Positions 33,691-47,270 of a stretch of DNA of 64,000 nucleotides are shown piece after piece. The DNA lies in the NCBI GenBank assembly GCA_002269645.1, contig NIVC01000085.1, forward strand, positions 930,001 to 994,000. The letters run 5' to 3'. The notes beneath the pieces were generated by a model that ran no database searches, had not been told where the DNA came from, and saw only the letters and a list, made by a program, of their open reading frames with translations. The stretch is from Macrostomum lignano (Eukaryota). A program made the position numbers and the translations under genes. How positions within the stretch are numbered: the stretch's first letter is position 1; every line of letters starts with the position of its first letter.

Positions 33691-36564
33691 CAGAGTGTAC
33701 ATGCCTGACAGGATAAGAAAGTCGGAGCCGCTGTACACCCAGCGTTTGCATGAGTGCTGTGCCTGCGTACAGCATTGGCGCGCTTGCATGGCTCAGGAGT
33801 AACCGTCAGCGCTGGTTGCGGCACGATGCCGCCGAAGGCGTTGCGCCAGAGAGCCCGCAGCGCTCCTGTGAATACTGATTAATTTAAGAACCTGCAGCTG
33901 CACTTGATCTCTGATTTCGATGCGTTCTGCTGTTTAAGAAACCGCAGCTTCAGAATCTTGTCTTGCCCTGCCGCTCCAGACACTGCGGCTGAAGAAGTGC
34001 AGCGCCTGAGGCAAAATGGCAAAAGCAAAACACTGACAATGCGCTCGCAGTCTCCAACCTTCATCTGGAACGGCCCCACCCAGCTCAGCACTCGCAGCGC
34101 GATAGTCTGGCGTGATACAAGCTGGCAAAGAGAAAACTGCTGGAGTTGGCAATCACCCCATACTGGCCTCTCAAACCACCCAACCCCCCAAAACCCCTGT
34201 ATCAGAGACGATAAACAACAAGTCTAGCTAGAACGCAGCTCCATCAAGCTCACAACTCAAAACAGACTGAGCACAGCAGTGCTGGTTGCCCCCGGCAACT
34301 CACAAGGGCTGGACAGAGCTCGCCTTTAAACCGCAGGGAGGCTGGCAGAGCCGTGTGCTGGCCTGAGAATAGCGAGCGAGAAGAGATAATTACTGCTTGA
34401 AGTTGAGCTGGCCTCTCTAACCAGCGGCTCCCTACGGCTCAAGACTGCGTTATTCTGTCATAAATAACAATTGTTACCAACCATTGTTATAGCAGGACTG
34501 CAAAATGCAGTGCATTGCTGCGGCCGAGAGCTGGACAGAAGAGAGATAAGCTGCACTTTAATGATAAACAACTGATGAAGCCCGAGACTGCAATTGAGCG
34601 GCTGAGCCGCACAGCCGAAATGCGTCTGCGTCTCACCAAAAAATGCATGTACTGAGGTTCGAATCCGTGCGATTGGCCTGAGGCGGTTCTCAATCATGAA
34701 GGCCAACTTCTCGGGCCTTCTGGTGGAATGGATCGGATGTTAATGGAGCTGTACCGATTGGTCAGCGTGCGTTTCCTTTGTGGAAGCAACAGATACGAGC
34801 GTATTGAAGTACAGTTGCTTTCACCAAGTTCAATCAATGAACCATTTGGACAGAAGCTGCATCATTAATATTAGCAAATAAGAATCAAGTGGCACCAATT
34901 TAAACAGTTAATTGGGTTATCAGTTATCTGTAGGAATGCGAGCTGGTCAGTCAGCCTCTGCTAATTATCCGCCCCATATTGATAATTTGCCCGCTTTGCC
35001 CTCCCCGCCCGCCCGCCCGCCCGCAGCTGTTCTGTTGTTGCTGAGGTCCCGAATTCGAGTTCGAGTCCCAGCTGCATGGACAATTTTGAGTCAGGCAGCG
35101 GCAGCGGCGGCTTCTGACCTTCCCTGTGCTTTTTTCTAACTGGCGTCTGAACGGAAATAAAATTTCTAAGAAACACCGCGGCTGCGCACCTGAGGCACTC
35201 GCGGCTCCTCTGGAACCGAGCAAGCCGGAAGAAGCCGAGCAAAGCGGGACAATCCTTCATAAGACGTTACATCAGTGCACAGATGAAAAACGACATTTTT
35301 AAATGAGAGGCAAAGGTTACAAAAGACTTCACACAGACAAGCAACTCTGAGCTAATACGGGCTCGTAGAGAAAGAAATGAGTAGACAAGCCAACTGCTAC
35401 CTTTCTGACTCAAAAACTTATTGCCGTGGTTTTCCCAGCCCCCTGTTGTCTAGAAAATGGGCTTACAGCAGCCTCATGAACTCTACATGTAATACCAAAA
35501 TTGTTTACTATAAAACGTGACTTTATCCATGACTCTTTTATCTCGAAGCCGAAAACTTAGATTTAGTTTTTCTATTAATCTGGCAATAAGCTTAAAAGAT
35601 TCTGGGCTTACTGTTTCCCTCGCCGGGAAAGCCAAAAGTCCTGTTCTCCAAGAGACGAGATCACGGACGAAAGGATGCTCTGAGGCCAAGTGAGGCTTTG
35701 AATCCCCAACCCACCAGTGCAGCAGCATATTCTTCCCACGGACAGCCGGCCCAAGTAAATGTGTCCTGTAAAAAGTTAAAAGAGACTATTGGCGCTCCAA
35801 AAGAGGAGTAGAAGAAAGCAGAGGGTCATTGTTCCAGAGACAGTCGGGAGGTGGCGTCTTTTGAAGACGATTGATTTTCCGACACGTCTTAAGGTAGCAG
35901 CTGCTTTCCACTGAAAATGTGAATCCCCCTTATTGAAGACAGCTTTAAAGGTGCAGCCTCACTCTTTAAAATCAATAGAATTGATTCAGATTAGGACCCA
36001 ACTCACAACTGAGTTGGTTGAGTATGCACTCGCAATGCCTGGCATACGTGTGAAGCATGTTTTAAAGCATGGAGGCTGTGACACGCTCGTAGCAGCAGCA
36101 GCAGTCACAGAACTCACAGTTTCTCAAGGCTTGGTGAGAGGCTGAGCAAGGGACCATTGTTGCAAAGTCAGGAGTCTTTAAGAGCGGAGGCCAAGCAGCC
36201 GTGTCGATTCTTGCTCTGCCCTGCGCGACTTCTGTCGCTTGAGATGTGTTCTGATCTCATCCTATGAGAGTAAAGTTTCTCCACAGAGAAAAATATTCAG
36301 CATTCCCTGCAAGTCTGCTTTGCCTCCCAGCCTCCCACAGATGAATGAATAAACGGAGCTTATTTTATACTTTTTAAAATTGCTCTCTCGGCCAGAAAAT
36401 TTGGGCTAGTAGATTTCGCCTCGCAAATATCGCACTCCACACGCACTCAACCACAGGCTCTTACAGGACATGTACTTTATCTGTGCCTTGGGGGTCGGGC
36501 CTCTTACCCAAGCATCAAATTATTGTGACCGCACACAGCTGAGCAGATTTCACGATGACGGCAA

Positions 36565-36712
36565 ATGCTCTCAGCAACTTCCGCTTCCGCAACTCCGAGT
36601 CCGCTGGGTCTTCAGTACATCGGCTGCTATGCGGACGGCGATGACAGCAACCGAGACTTGCGAGGAATTCAAGGCATTGTCAAGTTCGGTCCGTATGCCA
36701 CGTTCCGTACTG
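36565..36712 (+). pseudogene. Truncated WSC exon (paralog of the 49669 gene)
   Basis: SATPSPLGLQYIGCYADGDDSNRDLRGIQGIVKFGPYAT is nearly identical to the intact paralog, then is cut off by the 60-bp array. Confidence 0.85.
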
Positions 36713-37620
36713 CACCTGCACCTGTGTCTGACTCTATGGCTGGGCTGCATCCAACTCAGCCTCCATCTGCACCTGCACCTGTCTCCAACTCTATGCCTGG
36801 ACTGCATCCAACTCAGCCTCCATCTGCACCTGCACCTGTATCTGACTCTATGGCTGGGCTGCATCCAACTCAGCCTCCATCTGTGCCTGCACCTGTATCT
36901 GACTCTATGGCTGGGCTGCATCCAACTCAACCTCCATCTGCACCTGCACCTGTATCTGACTCTATGGCTGGGCTGCATCCAACTCAGCCTCCATCTGTGC
37001 CTGCACCTGTATCTGACTCTATGGTTGGGCTGCATCCAACTCAGCCTCCATCTGCACCTGCACCTGTATCTGACTCTATGGTTGGGCTGCATCCAACTCA
37101 ACCTCCATCTGCACCTGCACCTGTATCTGACTCTATGGCTGGGCTGCATCCAACTCAGCCTCCATCTGCACCTGCACCTGTATCTGACTCTATGGCTGGA
37201 CTGCATCCAACTCAGCCTCCATCTGCACCTGCACCTGTATCTGACTCTATGGTTGGGCTGCATCCAACTCAGCCTCCATCTGCACCTGCACCTGTATCTG
37301 ACTCTATGGCTGGACTGCATCCAACTCAGCCTCCATCTGCACCTGCACCTGTATCTGACTCTATGGCTGGGCTGCATCCAACTCAGCCTCCATCTGTGCC
37401 TGCACCTGTATCTGACTCTATGGCTGGGCTGCATCCAACTCAGCCTCCATCTGCACCTGCACCTGTATCTGACTCTATGGCTGGGCTGCATCCAACTCAG
37501 CCTCCATCTGCACCTGCACCTGTATCTGACTCTATGCCTGAACTGCATCCAACTCAGCCTCCATCTGTGCCTGCACCTGTATCTGACTCTATGGCTGGGC
37601 TGCATCCAACTCAACCAATG
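36713..37620. repeat. 60-bp minisatellite, ~15 copies (open as APAPVSDSMAGLHPTQPPS-type repeats)
   Basis: Visible directly. Also present at 46295-46860 and 63890-64000. Confidence 0.95.
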
Positions 37621-38384
37621 CGAAAAGTCCCCCCAACTCCCTACCCTTGTCGGGGTAGAGCAAACTCCCAGATATCAACTGGCTAACTCAGGCTAACGGT
37701 GCTTTTGGGCTACTCTTCATCTCAGGTGTTAAGTCGCCACTCTAAACACGGTAAATTGTGAGGTAGAGAGGGATTTTGAGAGCCTTATAAAAAGTTTTGT
37801 TTGGCCGCCGGAGCTCAGTTTCGGTCTCAAAATCGAAATTCACAATTGTTTTAATGCTTCCTTGTCTTAGCGACCGCGGCTCAAGTTTACCGGAGACCAG
37901 AGAGACTAAAATACAATGGAGAGAAGCTGAGGTCGTTGTCAGGTCGTGTCAGGATCCTGTTGTTTGTCTCAATGGCCAGATAAAAATCTAGATCATTGCT
38001 GCGGGTCGGGTGAGAGAGAAAATTAGGAAATAGAATAAAAACATTTTTACTTTACTCAAGTACGAGCGTGTAACACTCAATTAAAATAGTTGGTCACATG
38101 AGGCTCGCTTCACTCCTTTATCTTTTCGTGTTCCGCGGTGTGGGACAATAAAATCCCTCGTCTGATCCGAAAATCTGAACTGCAAAATAAATTCTTTCTT
38201 TGCCTTCTCTTTTTCCCTTTAATCTCATATTTTCCCTCGTTCCCGTGTTCGCCTCTTCTCTTGAAACCAAATTTGTTTATATTATTTCTAACTGAAGCAT
38301 TTTAACAAGATTTTTCAAATAAGATTACAAAAAATGCTCTACTAAAGCACGATGCAGTACTGAAAGGATTCGCGCAATTCTCGC

Positions 38385-39110
38385 CTCACTCATCCCGCTC
38401 CACTAGCATCCAGCAGCCGCAGCATCTGCCATTTCTCAAATCGCTGTGCCACCTGCGCACACGTCAGACCCCGACCGTCTCGATGACTCGCATCCGCTCC
38501 TCTGTCCATCAGAGCCTTGGCTGCTCGCACGTGACCGGCTGCCAGCATGCATCAGCTGTCAGCATGAGAGCAGTGGCTTCAGTGCTGTCTGGCAGATCGA
38601 CATGCTCTGTGCTGACTCGCTCATCATTGATCAGTATGACAGCAATTGTGACAGCAAGAGCAACGTGTCTTTGAGAGATGGAGAGAGACGGGGCAGCTGT
38701 GTGATGTGTGAGAGCGTGTCGGTGAGAACAGAGTTCCTGCCTTCGATGGCCATTGCTGCAGTGAAGCTGAGGATGGTGCTTGATTGGAAGAGCCAGTCAG
38801 GATCAAGGCCGAGGGAGGCAACGACATCTTCACGAAGACGAGAGCAAGCTACGTCTGCGCAAATAAAACGGAGATTCGCTTTGTGTTTCGGACTCAAGAT
38901 ACACGAGATGAGAAACTTGACGACTTCTGAGTCACCATCTCTTGCAGCAGATTCGGCAGCGTCGATGCAGCAGCGATCTCTGTTTGCTTGGTCAGCGACT
39001 TGTGACAGGAGAGACTTGACGTCTTCTTAGTGGCCATTTGTTGCAGCATCTATAGTAGCTTTTACGACTAGAAAGGGACCATTCTGTGCAACGGGTCCAG
39101 AGTTTTGTGA
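38385..39110 (-). pseudogene. Decayed paralog of the ankyrin gene
   Basis: About 38090-39410 aligns with about 29640-31690. It has fewer N-terminal repeats, internal deletions, frameshifts and a mutated 3' donor. Confidence 0.85.
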
Positions 39111-40392
39111 GATTTCGCTGCTAGTGACGACACGAAGCCGGCTTTGGTTTTAGTCCATTGTGCCAAAGAGCCGTGTTAAAGCGCGAATGAAGACTGTAAA
39201 GAAGGCGAAAGGGGGGGAAAACGGGAGGAAAGGGAAGAGACAGAGAAAAAATAAGGGAGGAAGAGGGAGGAGAAAAGCAGACGGAGAAAGAGAAAGGGCT
39301 GCTGTTACAGTGGCAGATGTCAGTCACGGCTGCTGTCAGAGTGGCAGATGTCAGTCACGGCTGCTGTCAGAGTGGCAGATGTCAGTCACGGCTGCTGTCG
39401 GAGTGGCAGGTGTTTCAAATGTTTGTCCCCGGGTATGCTGACTTCGGTTACAGAGAAAATCTCTCTCCCTCATGCGACCCCGGACGCGCCAACTACAGAG
39501 AAAATCTTTCTCCCCAAGCTCCCCAATGCACAAGCTCCATGCCTCCATTGCCTAGGTTAAATACAACTAAAAGGAAAGAGAAAAAGGCATAAAATGTACA
39601 GAGGAGAAAGGTTAGGAAGGGGAAGACGGTGGAAAAAGGCAGCAACAGTAAGTCTACTTCACAGAAAGTATAAGGCATCCAGTTAGTATATTGATTGAAA
39701 CGCATTCCATACATTTCCAAACATACAGTGGTGTGCACTTAGGAAAGAAAGTCTTGGATGAGAGCGCACAGGGAGCAGATGCTCACCAGGCAGGGCCAAG
39801 CAGAGCAAGGCAGTGGTAAATGCGCAAAAGCTGGCAGAACAAACAGCCTTTACTTTTGTGCGCACTCCCTCCTTTAGAAAGCACACACAGGGTGTACAGC
39901 AACCCTGACTTTCTCGGGTTCGTGCGCTCGTGCGATCTACCCACTCTCCACCCTACCCGGCCCTGCAGCCGCCCGCCTGTCCATGTTCAATATTAATACC
40001 TCACCAGCAATCGATTGACTCAAGACTAACTCCACCAACTACGCCTACGTGTAATTCGAAAGAATAGCTAACTTGGAATTGGAATGTTTCCAATCTAGAG
40101 TGTCCGAATCACTCTCAAATATCTTACCGATTTTGTGCCCAAACCCCCGGGGACGGCAGCACCAAGCCCGCCGCCGGCTCAGCCAATCACTACACGGCTG
40201 GGCTGGCCGCGACCAATCGCCACGCAGGGCGAGCGAACTTATACCAGTAAAAACCAAACCGACTTAAGCCTCTGGCTGCGGCATACGCAAAGGGGGTGAT
40301 AACAACAAAATGTAATGTATGCAAACAGGGGTGAATCAACCCGCTGGGAGGGCTAGGTGCACTGGCACTGTGAAAGTGCACAACACAACACT

Positions 40393-41149
40393 AGTTCTCG
40401 CAGCCTCCAATGACCAAAGGGTAGACTTTCAATGTTGTTGTCAAAGACAAATCTCCTCTTATCTGCACCTGAAAGGCCAATCTTCTTCTGTTTAATCGTA
40501 TAACTACAGTTGGGTTCGCGAGGAAAGGCTCAATTCTCGCGAGAATCTGTGTGTAACTCGTTCGTCATTGGCTGAGCCATTATCTGGGGAGAGTAAGATT
40601 GAGCGCTGTTTGAGGTGGGTTGTTTATAGAGGTTGCCCGCTTTTTCGGCGTCCACCTCAACAGTTTCTCATAGTTGACAAACCCTTTCTTGTTTTTCCCT
40701 ATCGAAAATACATTGTCTGACACAGCTAATAGGGAGACTAACAGCAATTTCAGAAGCTTGCAAATGGAGATTGGACGTCGCCTGACGGACAAGCAACGTA
40801 TTGATCTCCTGTCAAGTTCGACTCTCATTTTTGCGTAGATAGATGGATCAATACTGTCAGCAGTTGGAGCAAGTGGAACAAGCGGTTGGACATCTGGTAA
40901 TGAAGTGTCTCGTTTGTTTTCCTCTACTGTATCCTTAATCTTTTTAGCCGCTGTGGATAAACTACTGGCTGCTTTAGCAACATTTTTATGTTCTCTTTGT
41001 TCTCACCAACCACCGTAAAGATCTGGGCCCCTTGTGCGTTCTTTTTTTGGATAGTGACCTGCAGTGAATAGCCCAGATCCCCGTTTCATGAGATTGAGTT
41101 CCTCTTCGTCGTAGTATTTTTGGATGTTCTTTTCGAAAATTATTGGCAT
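40393..41149 (-). mobile_element. Internally deleted Polinton relic (small-protein gene 5' part, unknown spacer, pPolB C-terminus)
   Basis: 41149-40830 is homologous to 1354-1680. 40510-40393 reads KKIGLSGADKRRFVFDNNIESLPFGHWRLRE, homologous to 28230-28345. Confidence 0.85.
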
Positions 41150-41817
41150 TTTAGAGGGCTGCCACTGCTCAGCCTCACTAAATCACCCAGACCTACCCAC
41201 TTTTCAGCCTTACAGCTTCATCCAGATCCACTGCTCAACCTGACAGCTTCATTAGAGGCACCTACACTGAAATTCAGAGGACAGCGTCACCATCTCAAAG
41301 CGAGGGGCAGTCGCTCATCAACTTTGAGCCCCCATTCCGTGCAGTGCCTGCTGAGCACTCCTCAGAGAAACATGCACGTGAGCTTGAAATTGTTAAAAAA
41401 TCGAAGTCACTCAGATTATGCTAAAATTGAATTTTAAAATCTGATGATGACGTGAGAAGTGAATAATTGCAGGAAAATTACAGAGAATAAAAATACATTA
41501 CACATTTGTTTTGCTTTTGCTAAGAAAAGCAGCAAAAAAGCAGACAGTTGAGACTGAAAGCCACTGACAATGCAGACAATCCGGTGCAGACAGCAACAGG
41601 CAGGCAACAAAGAATCTCTCTAAACCAATCCAAAGCCCGGCTTCATCGGGAACGACTGGCTTGACGCTGCGCCCCCCCCCGCGCTGCCATTGCAACGCCG
41701 CCACCCCAAATGATGAGTTAGGAAGCTGCATAAAGCCCGCAGTCCTGCAGCAGGCAAGAGAGACAAAAGCGACAAGCACATCCCATCTCCGTAAGACTCT
41801 CCACAGCCGCTCTGACC

Positions 41818-42924
41818 ATGCAGACTTTGTCAATTCTGCCGCTAATTCTCTGCTGCTGCATCGCTCTCGGCCACACGCTAGGCGCTGAATTTGGCCTGTT
41901 AGGCTGCTTTGTGGACACCGCAACTCGAGATATCAATGGTCTGGATGGCTGGTCCACCATCGGGCCCTACTCGGTGACGTGGAACTCCGGGGGGACAGTC
42001 GAACTCAGCAGCATGACTGTGCAGCTTTGCAGCGAAATCTGCGCCTATGGAAAATTCCGCTACTTTGGCGTTCAGCATTCAAGTTTTTGTTTCTGCGGAA
42101 ACTCGTACGGCAGACACGGCAGGGCAGCTGACAGCGACTGCAACATGGCCTGCTCTGGCAACAACGCCCAAATGTGTGGAGGTTGGGGGCGAAACTCCGT
42201 GTACCGGCAGGTCTACACTCGTCCAGGTGAGAGTAGCGGAATTTACAATCGGTGCTGTTCTGTTCACGCACTTCCCCATTTGCACTGAGCATAGCATTCA
42301 TGGTTTATCACGCATCTACATGTACTTCTACTTGAGCTCAGCATTGAATAACCCAACAAGCGACAAAAGGCAGTTCATAAATTCCAACCGAATTTCTGAT
42401 GAAACACAAATGCATGTAGATAAGTATTGTCCGGAGGGCTGGTGAAGCGCTATAGGAAACGGCGTCCCACAACCAAGGTTTGGTCGATTTTCAGCCTGTT
42501 CCGCTGACTTCTGAGCATGTAAAAGAGCACGGATACTGCACGGAGGCACGCACACACACACGCTCAACGACCACGGGGCCATGTTTCGAAAGATAAATGC
42601 AGATTTAGCATTTGATCGACTGCAGTCGGTATTTTGAAGGAGATGCACTCGTGTTGGTCTCACCAAAGTAGTGATATCGCTTTTTTCCTTCCAGACAGCA
42701 AACATTTTACTTTGGCTGACCGAGACTACGTGAACGTGACCTCTACCAGCGGGCCCTTCTACCGCACCGAGCAGCCCGTCAGGAGTCTGATTGAATGCCT
42801 AGCTCGCTGCTTCACAGACTGCCAGGCCGTGCTGTTCCACCTGGACACCTGCCACCTGCTGAGATTCCCCGTTCTGCCGCACGAGCTGAAGACCGTGGCT
42901 GGGAAGTTCGCCACCGGCGTGTGA
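41818..42924 (+). CDS. Secreted WSC + PAN/apple protein A (exons 41818-42226, 42695-42924)
   Basis: Signal peptide; GCFVD..RDI...MTVQLCSEIC...CFCG...C..AC.GN..QMCGG..RNSVY; phase-1 GT-AG intron; exon 2 has ECLARC..C....C. Confidence 0.88.
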
Positions 42925-42965
42925 GGGACCGCCTGATTCGGAGCAAGGAGTCTCGGTTGCTGAAG

Positions 42966-44437
42966 CTTTCTGGTTGCTGAACTCTGTGATTTCTGACACC
43001 ATCTGATTGCTGAACTCTGTGATTTCTGACACCATCTGATTGCTGAACTCTGTGATTTCTGACACCATCTGATTGCTGAACTCTGTGATTTCTGACACCA
43101 TCTGATTGCTGAACTCTGTGATTTCTGACACCATCTGATTGCTGAACTCTGTGATTTCTGACACCATCTGATTGCTGAACTCTGTGATTTCTGACACTAT
43201 CTGATTGCTGAACTCTGTGATTTCTGACACCATCTGATTGCTGAACTCTGTGATTTCTGACACCATCTGATTGCTGAACTCTGTGATTTCTGACACCATC
43301 TGATTGCTGAACTCTGTGATTTCTGACACCATCTGATTGCTGAACTCTGTGATTTCTGACACCATCTGATTGCTGAACTCTGTGATTTCTGACACCATCT
43401 GATTGCTGAACTCTGTGATTTCTGACACCATCTGATTGCTGAACTCTGTGATTTCTGACACCATCTGATTGCTGAACTCTGTGATTTCTGACACCCTCTG
43501 ATTGCTGAACTCTGTGATTTCTGACACCATCTGATTGCTGAACTCTGTGATTTCTGACACCATCTGATTGCTGAACTCTGTGATTTCTGACACCATCTGA
43601 TTGCTGAACTCTGTGATTTCTGACACCATCTGATTGCTGAACTCTGTGATTTCTGACACCATCTGATTGCTGAACTCTGTGATTTCTGACACCATCTGAT
43701 TGCTGAACTCTGTGATTTCTGACACCATCTGATTGCTGAACTCTGTGATTTCTGACAGCATCTGATTGCTGAACTCTGTGATTTCTGACACCATCTGATT
43801 GCTGAACTCTGTGATTTCTGACACCATCTGATTGCTGAACTCTGTGATTTCTGACACCATCTGATTGCTGAACTCTGTGATTTCTGACACCCTCTGATTG
43901 CTGAACTCTGTGATTTCTGACACCCTCTGATTGCTGAACTCTGTGATTTCTGACACCATCTGATTGCTGAACTCTGTGATTTCTGACACCATCTGATTGC
44001 TGAACTCTGTGATTTCTGACACCATCTGATTGCTGAACTCTGTGATTTCTGACACCATCTGATTGCTGAACTCTGTGATTTCTGACACCATCTGATTGCT
44101 GAACTCTGTGATTTCTGACACCATCTGATTGCTGAACTCTGTGATTTCTGACACCATCTGATTGCTGAACTCTGTGATTTCTGACACCATCTGATTGCTG
44201 AACTCTGTGATTTCTGACACCATCTGATTGCTGAACTCTGTGATTTCTGACACCATCTGATTGCTGAACTCTGTGATTTCTGACACCCTCTGATTGCTGA
44301 ACTCTGTGATTTCTGACACCATCTGATTGCTGAACTCTGTGATTTCTGACACCATCTGATTGCTGAACTCTGTGATTTCTGACACCATCTGGTTGCTGAA
44401 CTCTGTGATTTCTGACACCATCTGATTGCTGAACTCT
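42966..44437. repeat. 33-bp satellite, ~44 near-identical copies (CTGATTGCTGAACTCTGTGATTTCTGACACCAT)
   Basis: Visible directly; starts about 40 nt after the stop codon of WSC gene A. Confidence 0.97.
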
Positions 44438-44907
44438 AACCATAGTTAATATATACCCAAGATAAATCACCTGAGTTGAAATAAAATAAAAAATTCACTG
44501 CCGAAAGGAAAGTACACAATGGCAGCAGTAGCAACCAAATCACATACTGCTGCCTCATTGCTGCAGAGAGACGGATTGCATCTGCACTACACTGTGGAGT
44601 CCCTCGCAGCTAAGAGAAGGAGCTGCTCACACAATGGCTGATCCTTGAGGCTGTGGAAGTTGGGCTTGAGGGACAGGTGCATGATTCCATTGTTTTTGAG
44701 TTTTAGAAGCTAAGATGCCAAGTAGTTTATTGATTATTTGAGCTGCTGTTGTCTTGTCAGGGCGCAGCTAACAGCAGGTTCGCACCCAGGGCTACTCAAG
44801 TAAAGTAGATTACTTGAGTAGTCCATGGTTCACATAAGCTAATTTACAACAACAGCAACAACAACAAAAACAAAAAATATGTTGTCAGCCAGTCAAGCGA
44901 GCCCCGA

Positions 44908-47270
44908 GAGGCAAAGGTCACAAAAGACTTCACACGGACAAGCAACTCAGAGCAAGCGAAATGAATTGTTAGACAAGCCAACTGCTACCATATTGTTGAC
45001 TCAAAAACTTAATACCGTGGTTTTCTCAGTGCCAGTTGTCTTACAGCAAATTGGCTTACAGCAACCTCATGGACTCTAATACCAAATGTGCTACCATAAA
45101 ACGTGACTTTATCTTTGATTATTTTATCTCGAAGCCGAAAATAAATATTTCGTTTTTCTATACAACTAGCAACTGACAGATATTACTGGGCTTACTGTTT
45201 CCCTCGCCGGGAAAGCCAAAAGTCCTGTTCTCCAAGAGACGAGATCAAGGACGAAAGGGATGCTCTGAGGCCAAGTAAGGCTTTGAATCCCCAACCCACC
45301 AGTGCAGCAGCAGATTCTTCCCACGGACAGCCGGGCCAAGTAAAAGTGTTCTGTAAACATTTAAAAGAAGTTATGGGCGCTCCAAAAGAGGAGTTGAAAA
45401 AAGCAGAGGGTCATTGTTTCAGAGACAGTCGGTAGGTGGCGTCTTTTGAAAAATGGATTTTCCGGCGCTTCTTAAGGTAGCAGCTGCTTTCCACTGAAAA
45501 ATGTGAGTCCCCTTATTGAAGACAGCTTTAAAGGTGCAGCCTCACTCTTTAAAATCAATAGAATTGATTCAGATTAGGACCCAACTCACAACTGAGTTGG
45601 TTGAGTATGCACTCGCAATGCCTGGCATGCGTGTGAAGCATGCTTTAAAGCATGGAGGCTGCGACACGCTCGTAGCAGCAGCAGAAGCAGCAGCAGCAGT
45701 CACAGAACTCACAGTTCCTCAAGGCTTGGTGAGAGGCTGAGCAAGGGACCATTGTTGCAAAGTCAGGAGTCTTTAAGAGCGGAGGCCAAGCAGGCGTGTC
45801 GATTCTTGCTCTGCCCTGCGCGACTTCTGCCGCTTGAGATGTGCTCTGATCTCATTCTATGAGAGTAAAGTTTCTCCACAGAGAAAAAATATTCAGCATC
45901 CCCTGCAAGTCTGCTTTGCCTCCCAGCGTCCCACAGATGAATGAATAAACGGAGCATATTTTATACTTTTTAAAATTGCTCTCTCGGCCAGAAAATTTGG
46001 GCTAGTAGATTTCGCCTCGCAAATATCGTACTCCTTACGCACTCAAACAAGGCTCTTACAGGACATGTACTCTATCTGTGCCGTGGAGGTCGGCTCTCTT
46101 ACCCAAGCATCAAATTATTGTGACCGCACACAGCTGATCAGATTTCAAGATGACGGCAACTGCTTTCAGCAACTTCCGCTTCCACAACTCCGAGGTCCGC
46201 TGGGTCTTCAGTAAATCGGCTGCTATGCGGACGGCGATGACAGCAACCGAGACTTGCGAGGACTTCAAGGCATTGTCAAGTTGTGTCCGTTGTGCACCTG
46301 CCCCTGTATCTGACTGTATGGCTGGGCTGCATCCAACTCAGCCTCCATCTGCACCTGCACCTGTATCTGACTCTATGGCTGGGCTGCATCCAACTCAGCC
46401 TCCATCTGTGCCTGCACCTGTATCTGACTCTATGGCTGGGCTGCATCCAACTCAGCCTCCATCTGCACCTGCACCTGTATCTGACTCTATGGCTGGGCTG
46501 CATCCAACTCAGCCTCCATCTGTGCCTGCACCTGTATCTGACTCTATGGCTGGGCTGCATCCAACTCAACCTCCATCTGCACCTGCCCCTGTATCTGACT
46601 GTATGGCTGGGCTGCATCCAACTCAGCCTCCATCTGTGCCTGCACCTGTATCTGACTCTATGGCTGGGCTGCATCCAACTCAACCTCCATCTGCACCTGC
46701 ACCTGTATCTGACTCTATGGTTGGGCTGCATCCAACTCAACCTCCATCTGCACCTGCACCTGTATCTAACTCTATGGCTGGGCTGCATCCAACTCAGCCT
46801 CCATCTGTGCCTGCACCTGTATCTGACTCTATGGCTGGGCTGCATCCAACTCAACCAATGCGAAAAGCCCCCCCCCCAACTCCCTACCCTTGTCGGGGTA
46901 GAGCAAACTCCCAGATAGCAACTGGCTAACTCAGGCTAACTGTGCTTTTGGGCTACTCTTCATCTCAGGTGTTAAGTCGCCACTCTAAACACGGTAAATT
47001 GTGAGGTAGAGAGGGATTTTGAGAACCTTATAAAAAGTTTTGTTTGGCCGCCGGAGCTCAGTTTCGGTCTCAAAATCGAAATTCACAATTGTTTTAATAC
47101 GTCCTTGTCTTAGCGACCGCGGCTCAAGTTTACCGGAGACCAGAGAGACTAAAATACAATGGAGAGAAGCTGAGGTCGTTGTCAGGTCGTGTCAGGATCC
47201 TGTTGTTTGTCTCAATGGCCAGATAAAAATCTAGATCATTGCTGCGGGTCGGGTGAGAGAGAAAATTAGG
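44908..47270. repeat. Segmental duplication, copy B, with WSC pseudo-exon (46160-46290, TAA in place of Tyr) and 60-bp array
   Basis: Colinear with 35327-38030. Confidence 0.9.

Larger units (their letters stand above)
35327..38030. repeat. Segmental duplication, copy A (partner 44908-47270)
   Basis: Colinear from GAGGCAAAGG..ACAAAAGACTTCACAC through a WSC fragment and a 60-bp array to GAGAGAGAAAATTAGG. Confidence 0.9.

Noticed and set aside
32941-33824. Six long overlapping ORFs of 147-282 aa
   Set aside because: Artefacts of a stop-free 20-bp minisatellite read in all frames.
33720-34760. Exon-like GC-rich islands on the minus strand
   Set aside because: I could not assemble consistent splice phases or recognise a domain; this needs RNA-seq or BLASTX.
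42799-44470. 540- and 552-aa repeat proteins
   Set aside because: Open frames follow from a 33-bp unit without stops. There is no independent coding support, and they are antisense to WSC gene A.
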